Source: a virus
Length of the DNA: 44,649 bases
Strand: one strand, 5' to 3'
Virus record (IMG/VR): IMGVR_UViG_3300009135_000004
Location: 1-44,649 of that record
In this document: one piece after another, positions 29,125 through 39,000 of the stretch
How the letters are laid out: each line of letters begins with the position of its first letter
Numbering within the stretch: the first letter of the stretch is position 1
Notes under the pieces: model-generated
The model's input: the letters and a program-made list of their open reading frames with translations, nothing else
Databases searched by the model: none
What the model was told of the DNA's origin: nothing
Translations under genes and position numbers: made by a program

Positions 29125-32037
29125 ATGGGCCGGGCAACGCACGTCCAGACTAATTTTACGGCAGGTGAGATCAGCCCACGCTTGATGGGTCGCTCTGACT
29201 TGAGTCGTTACCAGAACGGCTTGCAGACGGCGAATAACGCCATCATCTATCCGCACGGCATGATCGCCCGGCGACCGGGGACTAAGTACGTCTCGACGAC
29301 CAAGGACTCGTCCTCGGCGAGGTTGATCCCGTTCAAGTACAACGACGATCAGGCCTACGCGGTTGAGTTCGGGGACCAGTATCTCCGCTTCTACCGCGAC
29401 GACGGTCAGGTGCAGGCGACCGGAACTAACACCATCACCACGGCTTCGTGGTCAGCGGGCGTGGCCACTTACACTTCGGCCAGTCACACCATTGGAGCGG
29501 GTGATGTTGTTACGGTATCGGGTATCACTCCGAGTGGGTACAACGTGTCGGGGATCGTTCAATCGACGACCACAAACACATTCGCCCTGAACATCGCGGC
29601 TGACCCCGGCTCTTATAGCTCGGGCGGCACGACAGACTCGCCGTACCAGATCGAATCACCTTGGCCTGAAGCCGACGTTGACGGGATCAGCTACGTTCAG
29701 TCGGCGGACATCCTGTACTGCTTCCATCCAAACTACGCTCCACGCCAGATCGCTCGCACGGGGGCGGACCTCTTTAGCGTGTCGGCGTTTGAGATTGCCA
29801 ACGGCCCGTTTGACAGCATCTCGGAAACGGCGAGGCTCACGATTTCTGTCACGGCCCACAACGCTACGCTGGTAGACAACACGGAGTATCGGGCTGGCTT
29901 GGCCGCGAACGACTATCAGGGGGACGAGGCTGGCGAGCACGTTGCCATCATCGTCTCTGGCGATGGCTTCTCGTGGGATCACGACGGTATCAACGGCACG
30001 ACCGGCAAGCATATCGGTCGGCTGATTAAGTACAAGTGGGACAACGAAGACTTCGCAGTGGCCCTGATCTACCAGACGATCAACTCAACCACGGCGTATG
30101 CGATGGTCTTGCAGAAGGGCGGCACGATTGCGACTCAGGCCGACATCAGCCCTGCGGTGGTCGATAAAGACGAGTGGTATCTCGGCGACTTCTACGGCTC
30201 TTTCGAGGACACGAGTCACCGACGGGCCTTGATTGCCGGGGCCGCGCACTCGTCAGGCACGACCACGATCACCTGTGCAAGAAAGCACACTCTACAGGTT
30301 GGCGATGCTGTTGAGATCGAGTTCCTTGAGTCAGCGACGGACATCAACGGCTCTTATACGGTTCTGGGAAGCGGCCTGACGGACACGGCCTTTCAAATTA
30401 CGTCGGCTAACCCCGGTACGGTGACCGCCGATACGGGCAACGCTGTTGTGCCGGAGTTCTTGTCAAATACGTCCCAAGAGGGCTCTTCGACCGATATGAA
30501 CCAGCCTGCGATCCCTGCGTTCTACCAGCAGCGTATGTGGCTAGGCCGGACGACGCAGAACGTGAATCGCATCTACGCTTCGCGGACGGGGGACTTTGCA
30601 AACTTCCAAGAGGCGTCTCTTCTCAATGACGAGGCGTTTGCGGTTGTGGATACCGACTCGCTTCTCCTGACGATTGACGACGACCAAGTCAATGAGATTC
30701 GCTGGATTCGATCTGTTGCTCGCGGTCTTCTGATCGGCACGAACGGGGCCGAGTATGTTCTGATGGGCTCCCGTACCTCAGAGGTGATTACGCCCAGCAA
30801 CGTGCAGGTCCAGCGTCAAACGGACTACGGCTCTGCCCCGAATGTCCGACCTGAGCTAGTTGGCCGATCACTACTGTTCGCCCACCGATCCACGACCCGG
30901 ATTCTGGAGCTGGCCTACAGCCTCGAAGCGGATCAGCAGATTGGCAAGGATGTCAGTATTGTCAGCGAGCACCTACTTAAACCGGGCGTGAAAGCGATGG
31001 CCTTCCAAGAGGTTCCAGTTCGCACGCTCTGGATCGTCATGGACGACGGCTCCGTGGTGACGTTCGTTTACGAGAAGGAGCAGGATGTCCTCGGCTGGAC
31101 GAAGTGCGAGTTTGGTGGCAGCGGCTTAGCCGAGTCGGTGGTCGCTCTGCCTGAATCGGACGAGGACTCGATCTGGTTTGTGGTGAACCGGGGCGGAACG
31201 CGGACCATCGAGGTCATGAAGCCGCCTTTCGATACAGACTCCGAGCAGGTGGATGCTTGGTACGTGGACAACGGACTGGCCTTCGACCGGACCAACACCA
31301 CTTCCTCTGCGCTATTAACATTCACGGCCACGACCTACACGACGGGCTCGACAGGAACGCTCACCGCGACGGCACACACACCTTTCGCTGGGACTGCGGC
31401 AGACTTGGATGAACGGTATCGACTCTTCGCCGCTGACGGTAGTTGGTACGACGTGGAGATCACTGTCGCCGACACGACCTCAAGTTGCACGGCACGGGTG
31501 CTGACCTCTGGCTTCCCCACAGAGCTACAGGCGACGGCCACGAGCAGTTGGGCGAACCTGACGGATAGCTTCTCGGGGCTGGAGCACATGGCGTCACAGA
31601 CGGCCTCTGTCTTCGCGGACGGCGGCTCTCACGAGGATGTCTCCGTCTCCTCGACTGGAACGGTTACACTGAACAATCTCCACCACAAAGGGGTGATTGG
31701 CTATGGGTACACCACGACAATCAAAAGCCTCCCGATCCGAGTTCTCCAGTATTTCACAGAGACTCGCGGGAAAGCCCAAGCCCTCTATGCCGCAGAGATT
31801 CAGCTCTGGAAGTCCCTCGGTGGCGAAGTTGACTTCGGGGACACGGCGATTGACATCGCGTACCGGGAGACTGCGACGGCCCTTGGCACGGCTCCGGGCC
31901 TCGAAACCGGCATTATTGAGATGGCCCCGGCCAATTACTATGACTCGCAGGCTCGGGTGAATATCGTAATCAGCGAGCCCGTTCCGTTTAACCTTCTCTC
32001 GATGGTGTACGAAATTGACATCAACGACCAGATTTGA
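29125..32037 (+). CDS. Tail tubular protein B / nozzle (T7 gp12-like), enlarged (970 aa)
   Basis: N-terminus QTNFTAGEISPRLMGRSDLSRYQNGLQTANNAIIYPHGMIARRPGTKYV is the hallmark gp12-family start. Synteny also fits. Confidence 0.75.
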   Translation: MGRATHVQTNFTAGEISPRLMGRSDLSRYQNGLQTANNAIIYPHGMIARRPGTKYVSTTKDSSSARLIPFKYNDDQAYAVEFGDQYLRFYRDDGQVQATGTNTITTASWSAGVATYTSASHTIGAGDVVTVSGITPSGYNVSGIVQSTTTNTFALNIAADPGSYSSGGTTDSPYQIESPWPEADVDGISYVQSADILYCFHPNYAPRQIARTGADLFSVSAFEIANGPFDSISETARLTISVTAHNATLVDNTEYRAGLAANDYQGDEAGEHVAIIVSGDGFSWDHDGINGTTGKHIGRLIKYKWDNEDFAVALIYQTINSTTAYAMVLQKGGTIATQADISPAVVDKDEWYLGDFYGSFEDTSHRRALIAGAAHSSGTTTITCARKHTLQVGDAVEIEFLESATDINGSYTVLGSGLTDTAFQITSANPGTVTADTGNAVVPEFLSNTSQEGSSTDMNQPAIPAFYQQRMWLGRTTQNVNRIYASRTGDFANFQEASLLNDEAFAVVDTDSLLLTIDDDQVNEIRWIRSVARGLLIGTNGAEYVLMGSRTSEVITPSNVQVQRQTDYGSAPNVRPELVGRSLLFAHRSTTRILELAYSLEADQQIGKDVSIVSEHLLKPGVKAMAFQEVPVRTLWIVMDDGSVVTFVYEKEQDVLGWTKCEFGGSGLAESVVALPESDEDSIWFVVNRGGTRTIEVMKPPFDTDSEQVDAWYVDNGLAFDRTNTTSSALLTFTATTYTTGSTGTLTATAHTPFAGTAADLDERYRLFAADGSWYDVEITVADTTSSCTARVLTSGFPTELQATATSSWANLTDSFSGLEHMASQTASVFADGGSHEDVSVSSTGTVTLNNLHHKGVIGYGYTTTIKSLPIRVLQYFTETRGKAQALYAAEIQLWKSLGGEVDFGDTAIDIAYRETATALGTAPGLETGIIEMAPANYYDSQARVNIVISEPVPFNLLSMVYEIDINDQI

Positions 32038-32467
32038 AATAGAGCCGTTTGAGGAAGGTGACCTGAATGGCTTTATGCCGCAGGCGGCTCAGATGGAAGA
32101 GTTTCAGTGGATCAACACGGTCAACTGGAAGCAGTACGAGAAGACGGGCTTTGCCCTGACTGCGAAGATGTACGGCGAACCGATCTGTATCGGTGGCGTG
32201 AACCAGATTTTACCTCGGGTTGGGGACGGCTGGCTCCTGATCTCGAACCGCGTCCATGGGCCTGAGATGATCTATTTATTCAAGGCGTTCAAAGTAATGC
32301 TTCAAAGTGAGCTGAAAACAGCTTATGATCGTATCCAAATGACAGTGGACACTGACTTTAAGCCGGGTGTCCGCATGGCAAAGATGCTGGGCATGGCCTG
32401 TGAAGGGATGATGTCCAACTACCCTGAAAAGGGTAAACACAGTCTCCTGTACGCGAGGACTTCCTGA
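32015..32467 (+). CDS. Internal virion protein A-like (T7 gp13 position; acetyltransferase-like fold suspected)
   Basis: Lies directly after the gp12-like gene. 150 aa. The start is TTG 32015, with ATG 32075 as an alternative. Confidence 0.4.
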   Translation: MTSTTRFEIEPFEEGDLNGFMPQAAQMEEFQWINTVNWKQYEKTGFALTAKMYGEPICIGGVNQILPRVGDGWLLISNRVHGPEMIYLFKAFKVMLQSELKTAYDRIQMTVDTDFKPGVRMAKMLGMACEGMMSNYPEKGKHSLLYARTS

Positions 32468-32916
32468 TGGCATTAAGCTCACTTTTCATAGCCAGTTCAG
32501 TCGCGTCTATCGCCGGAGCAGGACTTGCGGCTGCTGGGCAGTACCAGTCAAACAAGACGCAGGAGGCGGTTGCCAGCCAAAACGCCATTACTGCCGAGTT
32601 GACGGCGAATGCTGAGGCCAGCCGTCAGGAGCGGGTTGACGCACGGGCTCTCGCTTCCGCTCAGGCCGCGATGGGAGCCTCTGGCGTGCTTGCCAGCTCT
32701 GGCTCATCTCTATCTGTCCTCTCGGACATGGCGGCACAGCAGGCTGAGAACGTCCTCCAGATTCGATACGGCGGACAGGTGCAGTCTGCCAACGCGAGGA
32801 ACCGGGCGACAGCCTATGGCCAGAAGGCGACGGGAGCCTTGATCGGCGGCGGGGCTAAGGTCGCTGGTGGGGTGGCCAGTGCAGCGTACACTTACAAGAA
32901 CACTTGGGGCGCTTAA
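32467..32916 (+). CDS. Internal virion protein B-like (T7 gp14 position)
   Basis: 149 aa. Hydrophobic, Ala/Gly-rich N- and C-termini. Position in the gp13-16 series. Confidence 0.45.
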   Translation: MALSSLFIASSVASIAGAGLAAAGQYQSNKTQEAVASQNAITAELTANAEASRQERVDARALASAQAAMGASGVLASSGSSLSVLSDMAAQQAENVLQIRYGGQVQSANARNRATAYGQKATGALIGGGAKVAGGVASAAYTYKNTWGA

Positions 32917-32920
32917 TCGG

Positions 32921-35900
32921 ATGAGCAGAATCAATACTCGAATCCTTCGTGTTCCCGGCGTCTCCGGGCAGATCGACGAGCGGCCCATGGGCTCGTTCAT
33001 GGCTCCTATGGAGGCGGCTGGCGAAGCCCTTGCCGACCTTGGCGACCTCGGCCAGCAGATCGCGGTCAAGGAGCAGGGGCTTCAAGACCGCATCTTGGCC
33101 AGCGATCTTGAGTCAGAGCTTCGAGAGTCCTCGATGCGAGCAAATGAGGCCGCAGCTAACGCGAAGTCAATCGAAGAGCTCGACGGCATTCAACGTGGCT
33201 TTGATGCTGACTTTGAATCCATCCAGCAGCGGGCTGACGGTATTCAGGGTGAAGAGGGAAAAGCGAACTTTGCCAATCGCGCTTCTCTGCTTGGAGGCAG
33301 GACCGCTCTTGGCTTGACTTCGCTAAAAGTCAATGCTGAAGTCTCCAAGGCGAAGCTGCAACGCAAGGACGAGGCGGGGCGGCTTCTTGCTGAAGGTATG
33401 TCAAGTGGCGACATCGACGGAGCGATTGCTCAGGTTGAGGCTCTTTACGAGGGCGGCGTCGGCACGCTTGACAGCGAGTGGGATGATATTGATGCCGAAA
33501 TTACAAGCATCGTGGGTGGGGCTCAGCACACAAACTGGCAGATCAAAGTGGACGAGGGGGAGGTTGGCGCAAAGGAGGTGCTGTCGGCCAAGCACCTGAC
33601 CGAGGGGGCTCGCCGGTCGCTTCTCAGTCAAATCGCAGGGAGAAAAGGCCGCGAGGAAGGCCTGGCTGAACGGCAGGCACTATCGGACATCTCGAATAAG
33701 GTCACGTTGCTTCCAGACCATCCGGACGGCATTCCCGCAGGTTTGGAGTCGTTGCGGGCAGAGCTTACTGAGTTCTACGGAGACGGGGCTCCTGAAGTCC
33801 AGATTGCCTACCAGCAAGCGGTGGAGTCTGCATATACAGAGCTTCTGGATCGGTCGGCATCTATTCCCGACGTCGCTGATCGTGAAGATAGCCTTGATAG
33901 TCTTGAGGGTGAGATTCGGCTTGCAAGTGAGGGCTCGCAGACTGGTGCGGAGAAAAAGGTCTATGACCGAGCGTTGCTTGGCATCCAGCAGCTCAGGTAT
34001 CAGATGGTTCGCACCACCGAAAAAGACCGGGCCGAGCAGCTCAAGCAGATGCACGACCAAATCAACCTCGGCATTATGGAAGCGAAGGTCAACGGCTATC
34101 TCAAGGCAGATGGCACGCAGATGGATGCGAAAGAGTTTGAGGACATGATGCTTCGTGCCGCAGGAATCGAGGGTCTCGATGCGAATGGGGCTTGGGATTC
34201 GGATAATAAGATTGTTCGAGAGAACTTCATCTCCGCGAAGGAATTGATCCTCCGGCAAAAGCTGGCTTACAAGGAGATGACCAGAACCCCCTTCGAGCGG
34301 ACATACGAGGCTGCGCTCGCGGGCGATATCAGAGCAATGGATTCTCTTTCGATGCAGGCGTGGCTTGGTGCTAGTGATGACGAGGCGTTTGAAGAATCAC
34401 TCGCTTCTGGCGAAAAGGATTCCGCCTACGGCAAGGTGATTCACGCATCGGCAAAGACTGGCGTTGCCCCATCCCACATCCGCGACTGGGTTTTGTCTCA
34501 CGACAATATGGCCGAGGCCGCTCGTAAATGGCTGGCCCAGCCCGACCGTGGATTTTTGCATTTTGATAAGGGTGGCTTGGATGAAAAGGATGCTATCAAG
34601 CTCCATGATTTTACCAGAGCTACTCTTGCAGTTCGTTCAGGCAGCGTTTCCATGGAAGATATTGACGGCCTATTTTCAGACAAGGAAGAGTCTCGGGTGG
34701 CTATTGGGGAGTCTGCGAGAGCGGAGCTTGAGAAAGATGATCTTCGCAACTTCTTGAAGAACTGGCGAGAGGGACTCCTTGAGAAGTCAGACTTTTCTCG
34801 CCGGAAAGAAGTTGGGGACGAAAAGGCGTACTTGGAGGAGATGGCCTCCAAGCTTGTCAGTGACGGGTTTTTCAAGACGGAGGACGAAGCCGCCGTCGCT
34901 ATCGCCAACGGCAAGAGCCGGGATATGGAAAATATGGCGATGCTGTTTTTGCAAAAACCCGGCAACGAGGCGGGGCTTGCCGCCTTCCTTGGTGAAAGCA
35001 CTGATCCTGTCGGGTGGGAGATTGCGAACTCTGCTTTTAGAGCTGCTGCGGGTGCTGTGTTTGGTAATCAGGGCCATAACTACTTCACCCCTCGGAGCCC
35101 GGGCGAGTACCGCCCGACGGACTTCTCCCCACCTACGGCCTATGGCTTGGTAAGCGGGCGAGGAAAGAGCCCGGCTATCAATCTGGCTAAGTCTGACAAA
35201 GCGGTGATGGAAGGGTCTTCGGCGTGGACGCCTGTCATGGTTGATCTCTATGACGCCATTAGGGAGGCCTATCCCGGTGCAATCGAGGACGACGTTCAGT
35301 GGACAAAGATTTTTGGCAAGGAAAATGCGAAGGGTGCTGATGCTCTTAGGGATGTGATTCGGAGTGCAGATGGCGCAAGAACCTTTTCGACGGAAGAGTC
35401 AATGGTTGCTGGGTGGATTCAGTCGAACGACTTCAAATCAAAGACTCCTCGTGAGATTAAAGCTACCATCGCTCACAAGCACGAGCAGCTCCCCTCTGAG
35501 AAGTTAAGGTGGGGCTCTCGGATGAAGCTCCCTCCCGAATCGTCTGTGAATGCCGGATCGTTGATGCGATTAATTAAATCGGGTATGGTTACAATATCCA
35601 AAGGCCCGATCGCTAACGAGCAAGAGACTCGCGTATGGAATGAGGGTGTGGACCGGCTTCGCCCAGCAGGTTACAAAGTTGATAACTCGGACTTCGTTTA
35701 CAAGGTTCGGTTTACTATTCAGACCTCCAGCGGGCCTGTTGTAATCGACCGGATGCCGTCCCCCATGAACCTGATATACGATGCACGGGCCTCTCAGGAG
35801 TCGGGTATATACATGAAGGAAATTGGCCCTGATTATCGGAAGAAGGGGCTTGACGTTGTAGGTACGATGCCGGGCAAAACCTATCGCAGCAAGAAGGCGA

Positions 35901-36049
35901 GCGATAGCCCCCGTGATTACCCTGAAGAACAGTCGGCTCTTGACATTGCCCAAGATTATTTGAATCGAACGGGGTCTGGGAAGACTTCGATCTGGGGCGA
36001 GAGTAAAAATGAAGGCCTTGTGCCTTACAGGAGACTGGACAATGAGTAG
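32921..36049 (+). CDS. Internal virion (core) protein C-like (T7 gp15 position), 1042 aa
   Basis: Large helical protein in the gp15 slot. Start set to ATG 32921, just after the upstream stop. Confidence 0.5.
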   Translation: MSRINTRILRVPGVSGQIDERPMGSFMAPMEAAGEALADLGDLGQQIAVKEQGLQDRILASDLESELRESSMRANEAAANAKSIEELDGIQRGFDADFESIQQRADGIQGEEGKANFANRASLLGGRTALGLTSLKVNAEVSKAKLQRKDEAGRLLAEGMSSGDIDGAIAQVEALYEGGVGTLDSEWDDIDAEITSIVGGAQHTNWQIKVDEGEVGAKEVLSAKHLTEGARRSLLSQIAGRKGREEGLAERQALSDISNKVTLLPDHPDGIPAGLESLRAELTEFYGDGAPEVQIAYQQAVESAYTELLDRSASIPDVADREDSLDSLEGEIRLASEGSQTGAEKKVYDRALLGIQQLRYQMVRTTEKDRAEQLKQMHDQINLGIMEAKVNGYLKADGTQMDAKEFEDMMLRAAGIEGLDANGAWDSDNKIVRENFISAKELILRQKLAYKEMTRTPFERTYEAALAGDIRAMDSLSMQAWLGASDDEAFEESLASGEKDSAYGKVIHASAKTGVAPSHIRDWVLSHDNMAEAARKWLAQPDRGFLHFDKGGLDEKDAIKLHDFTRATLAVRSGSVSMEDIDGLFSDKEESRVAIGESARAELEKDDLRNFLKNWREGLLEKSDFSRRKEVGDEKAYLEEMASKLVSDGFFKTEDEAAVAIANGKSRDMENMAMLFLQKPGNEAGLAAFLGESTDPVGWEIANSAFRAAAGAVFGNQGHNYFTPRSPGEYRPTDFSPPTAYGLVSGRGKSPAINLAKSDKAVMEGSSAWTPVMVDLYDAIREAYPGAIEDDVQWTKIFGKENAKGADALRDVIRSADGARTFSTEESMVAGWIQSNDFKSKTPREIKATIAHKHEQLPSEKLRWGSRMKLPPESSVNAGSLMRLIKSGMVTISKGPIANEQETRVWNEGVDRLRPAGYKVDNSDFVYKVRFTIQTSSGPVVIDRMPSPMNLIYDARASQESGIYMKEIGPDYRKKGLDVVGTMPGKTYRSKKASDSPRDYPEEQSALDIAQDYLNRTGSGKTSIWGESKNEGLVPYRRLDNE

Positions 36050-39000
36050 GCTTCCTGCAATGCCGCTTGGCCCTATTGAGGCCCAGCAAGAAGCCCCTTT
36101 CGATGTGACAGAGGCAGCTATCGCTGCGTCCCAGCTCGCTGCGTCGAGAAGTCGTCCGGACCGCCAGTATGATTTTGGGCGAAGGATGGGCTCTTCGCTT
36201 TATGCGGGGCCAGACAACCGGATGGGGAAAATGGAGGCCACCCTTGAAGAGGGGAACTTCTTGGTCTGGGGTGCTACTAGCTTGCAGAAGTATTTCGCAA
36301 GGCAGTTCAAATCGCCTGACCCGCACTTCAATTCCCAAGAGGCTGTCTCGGAAGCTTTCGGGGATGGCTTCTTAGAGAAGGCAGAGAGAGACTTTCTTGT
36401 TAAGTCTAGAAGCTCTGCCGAAATGCTGGAGCGGTGGAATCAGGTTGCTCACGAGCGAGAGCGGCATGAGGTCTTAGATAGCATGAGCTTCGGCGAGTCC
36501 CTTGGGCTCGGCCTTATTGCCGGGGTTACGGACCCGACGAGCTATATTCCTCTTTTTGGCCAAGCGGGAAGAGTCAAGAACGTCTCCTCAATGTATCGCA
36601 GAGCGAGTCAACTGGCCGCTCGTGGACCACTCGGGACTAAGGCGGCTCGTCGCTATTTGATTGATTCGACATCGGGTGGCTTCAAGCGGGGCTTCTGGCA
36701 TGGTGCGGCTGAAGCTGCTGTCTACGAGGGGGCGTTCCAGACGGTGCTCAGAGCGACTTCGATCAACAAGGAGCGAGTTGACGAGGGGTTCCTGCCTAGC
36801 ATCGCAATGACCGCTGCGTTCAGTGGCTTGTTCACGGGCGTTGGCGGGGCTGTTTCCCACCGCTCTGCACGCAAGCAGATCGGCAGTCGTGTTCAAGAGC
36901 GACTCAATCCGAGCATGGTCCCATTGATTCAGGCTTCCGCGAAAGGGCTTGATGCCTTGACGCCGGGCCAGATCGGTCGCGGTTCTGGTGCGAGAGTTCG
37001 AGCTGAGCACGCGAGGATCATTAGTGAAAGCAAGCTGAAGGCCAAGGACGACTTGATGGCCCTTCTACGGCATACGGGCATGGCCAGTGACGACGTTGAA
37101 GCGTCCTTTCTTGCGCAATCAATCCTCAATAAGAAGCCACAATGGGTTGCCCCTGTTCGGACGGACGGGACGATTCGCTCGACATCCTATGAGCTTCGTG
37201 CAGCAACCCTGCTTGCCGGTGAGGGAGCAGAGCTTCAGCCGAAGAACTTGGCTGCGGCGAAGGGGGCATTGACTCGGCGGATCAACAGGCTTGCCTCTGA
37301 TCCAGAGACGGACCCCACGTTGCTGGAGGAGCTTCGCTTGCAGCGGAAGGAGATGGATCAGTACGGCAAGGCTCTCACGGAAGCCGAAGAGCTAACGGAG
37401 GCCTCAAAGGACGCTGTGGCTCGCAACCTGAATAACCCTCGTCCGGCTTCTGACACGGCGACTCCCGAAGGCCTTGCTCGTGAAGGCGTGGGCGAGTCAC
37501 CGGCAGCTAAGGTAGCAGAGGTCTCCGGAGAAGCAAGGGCCGCAGAGTTCCGCCAGCGTCTCTCGGACGGCTACAACGGGACATTCGGCATCACCGACTT
37601 GTTCCGTTACGCCTTCGGTCGCGGCATGTTCGCGGCGATGGACGGTCGCACTGTACGGATCGGCTTCCCACGATCTCTTGGTGCGGAATACGCTGAATAC
37701 GCGGTGAAGGTTCGCGTTGTTGATGACTTGGATGACGACGCAGGCAACTGGTATGGCCTGTTCAAGCCGGGCAACGGCAAGAAGCCGGACCAAATCCTTG
37801 TCAACTATGACCGCATCATCGCTGACTACAACGAGCTTGACTCCCTAAACGAACTGGTTCTCCCCAAAGGGGCGGGCCTCCGTGATGACTTGTCTAAAAT
37901 TGACATCTCGAAGATTCAAAACGTCAACCTCAAAGAGTTCTTTTCGACGCCCGAAGAGTACGCTGACTTCGTGGTGATGCACGAGATTGCCCACCAAGCG
38001 TCGAAGAAGTTCCAGACTAAAGCTGAAGGCCGCTTCGTCGATGAGGGGCGTGGTGGTTACAAGCATATAAAAGAAAATGGAGACTGGTCTGACGCGAAGA
38101 AGGCTATTGAGGCCCACACCAACTCCACCGTGATGAGCTGGAAGCGAGCCGCCGACGACCTTGAGGCTGAGGGCGGGGCTCACGTCTCAGAGGGCTACGC
38201 ACACGGCCCCGAGCCTCGTGGTAGCTCCATTGTTGTGAACAAGGGCGACGGCCCGACGCATGGCTTGGTGGGCAGTTACATCGCTCAAGGCTGGGACAAG
38301 GCCAAGGCGACCAAGATCGCCCAGTGGCTTCGCACGACCTCCCCTCTGGCGAGAGCGGCCACAAGCCCGTCTCTGGTCCTCCGCACCGTGGTTCGTCACT
38401 TGACGGAGTCTCCGCTGTACCTGAACGGCTCTCCTGTTGAGGGCGGTGCTGCGTCGATGAAGGTGAAGTACCGTTACGAGCAGCCGGTCTACAAGGTCTA
38501 TCGAAAGCAGGAAAAGCTTTGGAAAGACATCTCCGATAACAAGGGCGGAAAGCTCAAGTGGGAGGACTATGACAGTCGCATCCACCGTGCCATTGCAACT
38601 GGCTCTGACAACGTGACCGACGACTTCACTTCTGCGGTGAATGAGATCGCCGCTGACTATGTCAAGTTCAACCGCAAGCTTGAGCTTGAAGGCCGTGGCA
38701 TCGGCTGGGTCGGTCGGCAAGTCTTCCCCGAGGGCGAAGGCTACTACCGTCGTATCTACAACATGCAGGCTGTTGAAGGACCGGGCTTCGTGAAGATGCT
38801 CATGGGCCGTGGTCTAGATGAGGATGAAGCCATTGCGATCCGAGATTCGATTCGCAGCAACTTCGGCGTTCCTTCGGATGAGTTCTCTGCCGAGTCCTCG
38901 CTTCGGGGAGCCCTGCGCAAGAGAAACAGTACGCTGGCTGAGATTCCCTACGATGAGCTCGCCCCGTACTTGGACACCAGTGCGTTCCGGACACAGTTAA

